Shown here in pieces: positions 1 through 8,750 of a stretch of DNA of 33,000 bases (positions are counted from its first letter, which is position 1; each line of letters opens with the position of its first letter). The DNA comes from Antechinus flavipes (lineage: Eukaryota). The notes beneath the pieces are model-generated. The model was not told the DNA's origin and made no database searches. It saw only the letters and a program-made list of their open reading frames with translations. Position numbers and translations under genes: made by a program. The stretch covers positions 200,167,001 to 200,200,000 of the forward strand of contig NC_067402.1 of NCBI RefSeq assembly GCF_016432865.1. Direction: 5' to 3'.

Positions 1-748
1 TTTAAATTTCACCACTTTACCTCTGAATGTAGTAATAGGCTTTTGTAATCTGAGTCTATGTCTTTGCAAAGGTTTGAAAATAAATGACTGTTAAAAGGAT
101 GGAAATATTTATGTATATATATATATATACTCATATGCACATACATATATAGAGATATCTGTAATCATACCTATATATACATATGTATTCACATATATCT
201 CTATTAAAGTTATACACTTACTTGTCCTCTGTTTTTCTGAAGGTGGATAACATCATCCTTTCTAGATCCAAGTCTTTCCATATTTTTCTAAATCCAACCT
301 AAAACCAACTCATTTCCTATGTTACAGCAATATTCCAATCTTATACTATTTAATTGTTTTGAATAGCCTAAAACAGTATTAATATGGCTGACATATAATG
401 TACATTTCTCTCTTTTGACTAACCCTTTTTTAACTTTGTCTGATATCAATGATTACTACCCCTACTTTTTTTAAAAAATAAATTCTACTTCTGATTATTA
501 TTATTGTGGTTGTATATGTCTTTTGTTTCCTGTCCCTGCTAACTCTTCTACTTTACTTTTTACTTCTAACTTGCCCTACTATTACTTAACCAAATATCCC
601 TCCCATTTTTCCTCCTTCTACCTTTTCCCTTCTCCTTTATCCATTCCTTTATTCACCTTATCCCATTCCTATCCATCTATGCACCCTTATATACCCTACC
701 TCATCTTGTTCCCTCTCCCATTTATTTCTTTATAAGTTTTGGAGAGTT

Positions 749-886
749 NNNNNNNNNNNNNNNNNNNNNNNNNNNNNNNNNNNNNNNNNNNNNNNNNNNN
801 NNNNNNNNNNNNNNNNNNNNNNNNNNNNNNNNNNNNNNNNNNNNNNNNNNNNNNNNNNNNNNNNNNNNNNNNNNNNNNNNNNNNNN
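749..886. other. Assembly gap (138 N)
   Basis: Run of N inside the low-complexity spacer of copy A. Confidence 0.99.
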
Positions 887-1530
887 ATCCCCTCCTCTCC
901 CTCAGACCTTCCCTCACCACCCTGCTTACATATATATATATATAAATGTATGTATTGTTCACTCTTTAATTCACTCCCAATATAAGTAGGATTTTTAGAA
1001 CTACCAGTTCTCCTCCTTCATCTAATTTCTCTTTACAGTATTCCAAAACCTGCGAGGTTTTTTATTGTAGCCACTAATAGGTCTTATATGATTTTAATTG
1101 TTGCTCCGGCATATTTGAACTTCGTTGTTGTTGCTTGTAAAATTATCTCTGATCTGGAGGTTTCAAAATTTAATTTCTGTTAATTTTCCTCATAAGATCT
1201 CTTTCAAATGGTGATAGGTGATTTTTTTTTCTATTTCTACTTTCCCCTTTTGTTCTAACACTTCAGAACAATTTTCTATAATTATTTTTTATATCTAGAT
1301 AATTTTTTGTTCATAGTTTTCAGGTAGTCCAATTATTGTTATATTTTCTCCTCTTGATCTGTTCTCCAGGTCTGCTTATTTTCTTATGAGATGTCTCAAT
1401 TCACTTCTATTTTTTTCCATTCTTTATATTTTGTTGTATTATTTTTTGGTCTCTTGTAACTTTACTGACTTCCCCTTGCCTGATTCTAATCTTCAAAAGT
1501 AATTTTCTTCCTTAAGACTCTTTTTTGTTC

Positions 1531-1536
1531 CAGTTG
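1531..1536 (+). repeat. Left 6-bp target-site duplication of the ERV (CAGTTG); right copy TAGTTG at 5920-5925
   Basis: 5/6 identical hexamers directly abut the TG start and CA end of the provirus. A 6-bp TSD is typical of betaretroviruses. Confidence 0.85.
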
Positions 1537-1933
1537 TGTAAAGGTTAAAAAGCCTCTAGAAGCAAAGAATGCAGTTCAAGGCATGTGGGCGGACCTGAGG
1601 GATGAGAGGTACTGAGGTGCAGGTGAGTCCTACCTGGAGGTGGGACATAGCCCCAGGAAGCGGTGTCTGATCCAGGTATCATATCTCCCTCCTTAGTGAT
1701 CTCAAAGCCTAGCACACCTCTCTCCTTCTTCTCGGGCCAATCCCATTATGCCAGGTTCCTAGAGGACCTCCCCTTTCCCCAGAACCTCAGGGGGATGTGC
1801 TATCTAAGAATAAAGTTCTCTTTTGCTTCACCCCTACCTCCTGGTGGTCTGTCTCTGTGGAATCCAATGAACAGGCATTAAGAGCAGCTCAAAGAGGAGC
1901 TACCAGATTAGAGTAGTCCATAGGGGCATAACA
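1537..1933 (+). repeat. 5' LTR (397 bp)
   Basis: Starts TGTAAAGG, ends CATAACA and aligns to 5472-5919. CCAAT at about 1737 and AATAAA at 1809-1814. Lacks the TATAAA seen in the 3' LTR. Confidence 0.97.
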
Positions 1934-1935
1934 AG

Positions 1936-1953
1936 TGGCGCCCAACGTGGGGC
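1936..1953 (+). other. Primer-binding site, tRNA-Lys(CUU; Lys1,2)
   Basis: TGGCGCCCAACGTGGGGC is the 18/18 complement of the tRNA-Lys(CUU) 3' end, 2 nt after the LTR. Confidence 0.95.
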
Positions 1954-2041
1954 AATTTTGTCTAAGACCTCCCCTTGTAGCAGGCCTACAGGTGGGAAGA
2001 GAGACAGAACTCTGCTCTAGAGTGAGAAGAAAGTTAGGAAA

Positions 2042-3113
2042 ATGGGACAGATTGTTGTGAGGGTCCCAGACCAGGAGGTACCAGGGAAAGAAGCTTATAG
2101 AATAGTAAAGCAAGCAGAATTGGAAATGGATTTTAAAAAGTGGGAGGTAGTAGATAGTCAGATGGCTTCCTATGATAAGGAAACTCTGGGAGCCATCCCA
2201 GAAGGGCATCAAGTGATTGGGAGCACTTTAAGAGGTACAAGCCGCAATACATTAAAAGTAGATAATGAAGTGCAAATGGAGAGTCATAAAACAAATGAGG
2301 GTTGTAAACCAGCCCTCATGGGGACCAGCCATGCTCATAAAATGGAGCTGGCGGAAGTTATCTGTGGGAAAGAACCAGGAAATAAACAGAAAGATGAAGG
2401 AGGTGGATGTGACGTGAAAGAAGGAAGAGGTAGTGAGGAAGAAGCAGGAGGTGGATATGACAGAACAGGAAGGGGCAGGGGTAAGATGAGTAATGAGAAA
2501 GTAAACAGAGAGACATATGACCTTGAGGAAAAGGACAGTGATAAGACGAGGGAGGAGAAAGCAAACAGAGGGAAGGTCGCCTCCTTCTCCAAGGCATGGC
2601 CTTCTCCCTCATCCCCCACCTTCCCTGAGGAGATATGTCTCCCGTCAGCTCCCTCTGCACCCCTCTGTGAAGGCTTTGGAAATTCCCAGACAAGTTTAGG
2701 ACAAATAATACAGAAAGCTGGAAAGTATAAAAGAAATGAGGATCAAATGCAGTATAATGCAGCAGTATAGCAGCTGTGTCCCAATGTACCCAAAGAGCAT
2801 TTAGCAAAATTCAGGCTTCTGGAAAGCAGAGGCCCTCGATGACTAAAATTAAACAGGGCCCAGATGAACCTTTTCCTGATTTTGTGGCCCGCCTACAGGC
2901 AGCTGTTGAGAGGTCAGTGGGCAGAGAAACCTCCAGCCTCCTTGTACAGAAATTGGCAGGGGAGAATGCTAATAGTACTGCCAGAAGGCCATTCTCACTG
3001 TACATGGGGAAGCTGGCCTGAAAGAGATGATAAAGAGATGTGAGGATTCTGGCTCTAGTGCCTTTCAAATGGATGTCCTTGCAGCTGCTATATCTACAGG
3101 GGTTGCAGCAAAA
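2042..3113 (+). pseudogene. gag: gag remnant: MA and spacer with PSAP motifs, CA C-terminal domain; CA N-domain and NC deleted
   Basis: MGQ start in strong Kozak context (aaaATGG). PSAPSAP at 2642-2662, DQMQYN, MHR IKQGPDEPFPDFVARL and LAGENANS(T)CQKAI. Stop at 2768-2770, frameshifts near 2774 and 2980. No CCHC knuckles. Confidence 0.92.
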
Positions 3114-3308
3114 GATCTGCCCTGGCAGTTTGCAGACAAACAGGGGGTATTCCAACCCCTGGGGGTCTCAATTCTCAGCTACAATCAATGGGGCAGGGAT
3201 ATATTGAAGGCTTGTGGGGCCTCAGTTTATATACTCCCTCCACAGGATTTTAAATTGGGGTCATTGGGTTTTGGGGCACCACCTTTCAAATCATACCCAC
3301 ATCATTAA
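3114..3308 (+). pseudogene. pro: pro remnant (protease C-terminal part only), fused in frame to gag
   Basis: FQPLGVSILSYNQWGRDILKACG matches the retroviral protease N-x-WGRD-x-L motif. No DT/SG active site and no dUTPase motifs. Confidence 0.8.
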
Positions 3309-5175
3309 CGTGGAAACCTAACACCCCGGTTTGGGTGCCCCAGTGGCCTTTCTCAGCTTACAAAGCCCAAGCCTTATGTGGAATTATGCAACAACAGTTG
3401 AAGGCCGGACATATAGAACCAATGTCCAGCCCATGGAATAGCCATGTATTTATTATAAAGAAAAAATCTGGGAAACTCAGAATGCTAGTGGACCCCAGAG
3501 CTATTAATGTTACTATCGAACCTATAGGAGCCCTACAATCTGGCATGCCATCTCCTAACCTAGTACCCACCGGCTGGCCAGTTACAGTAATAGACATACA
3601 AGATAGTTTCTTCTCCATCCCTCTAGCCCTAGAGGAGAAGAAAAGATTTGCTTTTACTATTCCCTCTATAAACAATGCAGGGCCTGATCTGCATTACCAA
3701 TGGAAAGTTCTCCCCCGAGGGATGTGTTGTAGCCCCACTTTGTGTACATAGCGCAAGTGCTAGAACCAATTAGGAAGGCGTGGCTTCATGCCATGATACT
3801 GCATTATATGGATGATATACTGTTACCAATGAGCAATGGGAAAGACTTCTCTGCCTTGCTTAGAGACCATAAGCATTCTCACTCCACATGGAGTGATGGT
3901 AGCCCCAGAAAAGAGCCAACATAACTATTCCATCATTTACCTGGGACTCTGCATGGGGACTTCTGCAGTTACTCATCAGATACCTAACTTACCCTTAGAC
4001 AAGGTGAATACTCTGAACCTATTTCAGAAACTGGTTGGACAAATTCAGTGGTTAAGGGCTTGTGCCCTTATTCCTATTTCTTTGATGCAACCTTTATATG
4101 ACATCTTAAAAGGATGTAAGAGATACCCAGAGCCCATTAATATCCTATCAGACAGAGTATATGCTGTCCAAGTGCTCAGAGGCATTGAGGATGCTGTCCT
4201 ACAGCCTCAGAACTCTTCAATTGCTGACCTCCTTGCTGACTTGTAGCTGATTTTACAGACTAGGAAACATCCCATTTACATCCTATATGGATACTCTCAC
4301 CAATGCGGTGTAGGAGGCATATTTGCTGGCAATGAGGTGGTGGATTGTGCTTTACACTGTTCCCTTCTCACGGTCATCACACCCCCTGAGTGTGCCCGTG
4401 ATTTTCTTCACTTACCCGGTAATTCTCTATGTCACCTTTATGGCCTCACCTGTGAACAAGCCCAACGAATAGGAAAGCAGTGTGTTAATTTCTCCTTCCT
4501 CTACCTAGTAAAGGAGTTAATCCCTGGGGTTTATTCCCCAATGATTTGTGGCAAATGGACGTGACACATGTGGGCCATGTGGCCGTCCAGATTTGCATTG
4601 ACACCTTTTCTAGATTCCTTTGGGCCACAGTGCCTTTCCATGAGAACATTCCTCCAGTCATTAAACATTTGTATTGTTGCTTCTCCTTTCATGGAGTTCC
4701 TAATACCATAAAGACCAATAATGGGCCAGCTTATACCTCTAAACAGCTGGCCACCTTCCTCGCCACATTTATCATTAAACATGTTACAGGGATTCCCTAC
4801 AACCCACAGGGTCAGGCCCCAGTGGAACAGGCCCATCATACTCTGAAGGCCACCCTTCTTAAACAGAAAGGGAGAGGAAGTAGACAGAATCCCCGATGGC
4901 CCACACAGATGCATGTGGATAAGACCTTATATACTTACAATTTTATGTGCCTGGATAGGGATACCAGAAAACTAAGCTCCATGAAAACTGCGCTTCAAGT
5001 GCCAGAGAACATTCAAAAGGTCCTTTGTAAGGACGAGGAGGGACATTGGCAAGGTCCATCCTTAGTACTTTGGAGAGGGCTGGGATATTTATGTCTTCCA
5101 GATCCTGACAGGGAAGGCTGCTGGATTCCAGAAAGAAGGACAAGGAAAGTTGCCCCTATTAAAAACAGGATCTGA
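3254..5175 (+). pseudogene. pol: pol remnant: RT, partial RNase H, integrase
   Basis: LTWKPNTPVWVPQWP, SPWNS, QWKVLPRG, YMDD (3805-3816), TLNLFQKLVG, PINILSD, GVNPWGLFPNDLWQMDVTH and GIPYNPQGQ. Frameshifts near 3745, 3835 and 4495, stop at 4244-4246. The second IN catalytic Asp is Asn (KTNNG, AAT 4717-4719). Confidence 0.96.
3266..3272 (+). other. Candidate pro-pol -1 ribosomal frameshift heptamer G GGU UUU
   Basis: X XXY YYZ pattern in the correct phase of the pro frame. The -1 frame is the pol frame, open from 3254. Confidence 0.55.
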
Positions 5176-5241
5176 AATAGAAGAAAAGGAGATGACCCAG
5201 GAGATGCCCAAAACAGCGCCATAGCAGAGAGATGACTACTC

Positions 5242-5631
5242 TTGCCAGACTGGCTTAGTGATTGGATCCAATATACTTCCTTTCCCATCCCCTTCTCTTG
5301 TATCCCATGGGCTCTATGTAGCCATTTTTGTATTGTTGCTTCTTTTGCTTTTACCTACTTTGCTAGGATGCTTTATATGTATTCTTTAAAAAATTCTTTA
5401 GAGGTGCATATGAAGAGTTTCTCATTTTTCAACATGAGAACATTTGATCTTATTAATAAAAGAGGGGGAGATGTAAGGGTTAAAAAGCCTCTAGAAGCAA
5501 GGAATGCAGTTCAAGGCATGTGGGAGGACCTGAGGGATGAGAGGTACCGAGGTGCAGGTGATTCCTACGTGGAGGTGGAGCATAGCCCCAGGAGGCGGTG
5601 TCTGACCCAGGTACCACACTTTGAGAGGTAG
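5242..5631 (+). pseudogene. env: env remnant: TM membrane anchor and cytoplasmic tail reading through the PPT into U3
   Basis: DWIQY, a hydrophobic stretch, then INKRGGDV. This resembles the recalled MMTV TM end (DWTQY...KKKGGNA). SU and the TM ectodomain are absent. Confidence 0.65.
5458..5471 (+). other. Polypurine tract
   Basis: AAAAGAGGGGGAGA immediately before the 3' LTR TG. Confidence 0.93.
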
Positions 5632-5670
5632 TGCTCTCAAAGCCTAGCACTCCATTCTCTTTCTTCTCAG

Positions 5671-5754
5671 CCAATCCCATTATGCCAGGTTCCTAGAGGA
5701 CCTCCCCTTCTCCCAGAACCTCAGGGGGGTATAAATATGCTATCTAAGAATAAA
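5671..5754 (+). promoter_or_regulatory. LTR core promoter and poly(A) signal: CCAAT 5671-5675, TATAAA 5730-5735, AATAAA 5749-5754
   Basis: Motifs are in the expected order. AATAAA only 14 nt after the TATA box implies a U3-located signal and a very short R, as in MMTV/MPMV-type LTRs. Confidence 0.7.
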
Positions 5755-5822
5755 GTTCTCTTTCGCTTCACCCCTACCTACTGGTGGTCTGTCTCTGTGG
5801 GATCCAGGTTGGTGCCTGAAGA

Positions 5823-5831
5823 CAGGTAAGT
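5823..5831 (+). promoter_or_regulatory. Consensus splice donor CAG|GTAAGT in U5 of the 3' LTR
   Basis: 9/9 match to MAG|GTRAGT. It lies in a 42-bp block missing from the 5' LTR. Confidence 0.55.
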
Positions 5832-5919
5832 GTGGCCTAGCTGTGCCATTGACAGATGGGCATTAAGAGTAGCTCAAAGAGGAGCTACCAGGTTAGAGGT
5901 AGTCCATAGGAGCATAACA

Positions 5920-6835
5920 TAGTTGGTTGACTTTCTTTTCATAGTCTTGATTTTCTTCTATTTGTATTTGCTTTCAGTTTTTCCTCAGTCTCTCTCATTT
6001 GACTTTTTTGGGGAGAAGGGTTTGGATTTTTAAGTTTAATTTAGGGTTTTTTCCCTTTTTTAAGGCAATTGGGATTGTTACTTGCCCAGGATCACACAGT
6101 TAATAAGGGTCAAGTATCTGAGGCTGGATTTAAACTCCTCTTTTGATTTTTAAAGTCTTTTTTTAGTTGTATAAATTCTTTTTGGTCAGGTCATCATTCG
6201 TTGTTACTCTTGGGATAGAAGACGCTTTTAAAAAAAAAAAAAACTTCACTATCATCCTTTAAAGATGAACCTTGGTCTTCCCCATTCCCATAGTAACTTT
6301 GTATGATTGGGTTTTTTTTCTTTGTCTGATCAATTAAAAAAAATTGTTAGTATAATTACCTCTAATCCTAGATGGAGGGGATATTGCCTCTGGCTTCTGG
6401 TCTTCCTTCAGTTCTCACCTGGAACCCCAAACCAAAAACACTATCCTCCTCTAAGTGCCTACAAATAGAAGCTTCTTTGTCCCACTGCTTCTGCACATAA
6501 ACTGGTTCCTTCTCACCTAGGACAACACAGCTGAACCTGGCGCTCCTTATCAACAGAGGCTACCTCAATTTGCTCCTACTCAAACACCCAACGCCCCATA
6601 CTATCTAGGAAAAGTTCTTGTGGCTGAAATCTAGGCTTCCTTCCAACCCAGCCAACTCCAGAATTCACTGCTTCTTGTTTCAGGAGAACTAGCCTGGAAG
6701 TGTTTACACTTTACAGGAGTTAAAACTCAATCCTTACATCTTTCTTCAGATCTTCTATTGACCCCAAATACCACTGTTCTGACTCAACTCCTATTTATTT
6801 TTAGCTGCTCTGTATTTGCCCTTCCCAGAAAGGAA
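5920..6835 (-). mobile_element. HAL1-like copy A: 5' part (ORF1 N-half and 5' UTR)
   Basis: The rc of 5921-5943 is tatgaaaagaaagtcaaccaact, as at 21139-21160. The rc of 6570-6790 aligns with the 5' UTR at 30240-30470. Confidence 0.75.
6050..6140 (-). mobile_element. WSINE1-type CORE-SINE fragment
   Basis: T-tail followed by aggcaattggga...acttgcccaggatcacacag...ctgaggctggatttaaactc. Confidence 0.75.
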
Positions 6836-6848
6836 ATGGAAGTTGAAA

Positions 6849-8250
6849 AATAGTCAATGACTATAGCAATCTAGTATTTGACAAACCTAAAGATTCCCAG
6901 TTTTGGGGATAAGAATTCACTATTTTACAAAAAATGCTAAGAAAATTGGAAATGAATATGGCAGAAACTAGGCATTGACCCTAGTATATACCAAGATAAA
7001 GTTGAAATGGGTTCATGATTTGGACATAAAGAATGATATTATAAACAAATTAGAAGAACATAGGATAGTTTACCTTTCAGATATGTGGAGGAAGAAAGAG
7101 TTTGCGACCAAAGAAGAACTAGAGATCATTATTGATTACAAAATGGATAATTTTGATTATATTAATTTAAAAAGTATTTATACAAACAAAACTAATGCAG
7201 ACAAGATTAGAAGGGAAGCAACTGGGAAAATATTTTTATATTCAAAGGTTCTGATAAAGACCTCATTTCTAAAATATATAGAGAACTGAGTCAAATTTGT
7301 AATAGTTCAAACCATTCTCCAATTTATAAATAGTCAAAGGATATGAACAGACAATTTTCAGATGAAGAAATTGAAACTACTTGTAGTTATATGAAAAGGT
7401 GCTCCAAATCACTATTGATCAGAGAAATGCAAAGTAAGACAACTCTGAGATACCACTATACACCTGTCAGATTGGCTAAGATGATAGAAAAAGATAATGA
7501 CAAATGTTGGTTGGAGGGGATGTGGGAAAACTGAGACACTGATACATTGTTGGTGGAATTGTGAACGGATCCAACCATTCTGGAGAGCAGTTTGGAACTA
7601 TGCCCAAAAGGCTATCAAACTGTGCACATCCTTTGAAGCAGCAGTGTTACTACTAGGCTTATATCCCAAAGAGATCTTAAAGAAAGGAAAGGATCTATAT
7701 GTGCACGAATGTTTGTGTCAGCCTTCTTTGTAGTGGCCAGAAACTGGAAACTAAGTAGATGCCCATCAATTAGAGAATGACTGAATAAATTGTGGTATAT
7801 GAATGTTATGGAATATTATTGTTCTATAAGAAACGACCAACAGGATGATTTCAGAGAGGTCTGGAGAGACTTACATGAACTGATGCTGAGTGAAATGAGC
7901 AGAACTAGAACATCATTGTGCATGGCAACAAGACTATATGATGATCAGTTCTGATGGATGTGGCTCTTTCAACAATGAGATGATTCAAACCAGTTCCAAT
8001 TGTTCAGTGATGAAGAAAGCCATTGACACCCAGAGACAGAGAGCTGTAGGAACTGAGTGTGGACTACAACATAGCATTCTCATTCTGTTGTTTGCTCGCA
8101 TTTTGTTTTCTTTCTCTCTTCTTGATCTGATTTTTTTTGTGCAGCAAGATAATTATATAAATATGTATACATATATTGTATTTAACATATTTAACATGTA
8201 TTGGACTACCTGCTAGTTAGGGGAGGAGGTGGGAGGAAGGAGGGGAAAAT
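6849..8250 (+). mobile_element. 5'-truncated LINE-1 (ORF2 C-terminus and 3' UTR), degenerate
   Basis: ORF2 peptides MNRQFSDEEI, CSKSLLIREMQ.KTTLRYHYTPVRLA and CGKTETLIHCWW. Marsupial-type 3' UTR. Confidence 0.93.
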
Positions 8251-8574
8251 TTGGAAAAGGTTCGTTCTAATTTAGAAACTGGGGAAAAGAATGAAAGAAG
8301 TTAATATTTCAAATTCTATTAAAATGGAAACATTCCCAATGACACCTGGAAGTTACAAGAACTAAGAATGTCACTTACCTGGAATATACACATCAACCAT
8401 TGGTTAGAAGTAATTTAGATCTGACATTTTCTCCACTAGTTTGTATTAGATTAGTAGATAAGGCAATCCATGATTAACTTATTCTTATGCTTTTCCCATC
8501 TTCTAATTATTCTGGGCATCTTCAACCACCCTTTAATTCCTTTTGCGATCATTGCTCTGCTTTGGGAATCCTTT

Positions 8575-8750
8575 GAGTATGGTGTAGTGGCTTGCCAATC
8601 AGAAGACAGAGGTCTAAGTTCCAGTTCTAGTACTAACTGACTATATTTCATGAACAATCATTTCATCTCTCAATTTCCTCATTTAAAAAAATGACAGGAT
8701 TTAACTAGATCGTATCTAAGGTTATATCTAACGCTAATACTCTTGATTTT
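8575..8750 (+). mobile_element. MIR-type SINE, old
   Basis: tggtgtagtgg head and tctcaatttcctcatttaaaaaaatg core. Confidence 0.55.

Larger units (their letters stand above)
108..1536 (-). mobile_element. Internally deleted L1 derivative (HAL1-like), copy A: 3' part (ORF1 C-half, purine-rich spacer, EN remnant, ORF2 tip, TA-rich 3' UTR)
   Basis: Reverse complement aligns by eye with 21140-21620/23466-24560 and 30940-32450. For example, 325-347 is the rc of agtataagattggaatattgctg, identical to 24283-24305. Continues at 5920 on the far side of the ERV. Confidence 0.8.
1537..5919 (+). mobile_element. Internally deleted betaretrovirus-like (class II) endogenous provirus, 4383 bp
   Basis: Paired LTRs (TG...CA), PBS, PPT, TSD, gag MHR, WGRD protease tail, RT (DIQDSFFSIPL, YMDD) and IN (WQMDVTH, GIPYNPQGQ). 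Confidence 0.97.
5472..5919 (+). repeat. 3' LTR (448 bp)
   Basis: Starts TGTAAGGG and ends CATAACA. About 35 substitutions plus indels versus the 5' LTR, counted by eye. Confidence 0.97.

Noticed and set aside
108-200. TA/CA low-complexity tracts (also about 24430-24570 and 32355-32440) as independent repeats or arrays
   Set aside because: They are the homologous 3' UTR segment of the three HAL1-like copies. No CRISPR-like or spaced-repeat array exists in the window.
1982-1997. AGGCCT palindrome and CAG|GTGGGA in the ERV leader as a dimerisation site or splice donor
   Set aside because: The motifs are too short and common to support without family conservation.
2335-2807. Antisense ORFs (94 and 149 aa) over gag, and similar antisense ORFs over pol
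   Set aside because: They are S/L/F/P-rich shadows of a purine-rich coding strand with no recognisable motifs.
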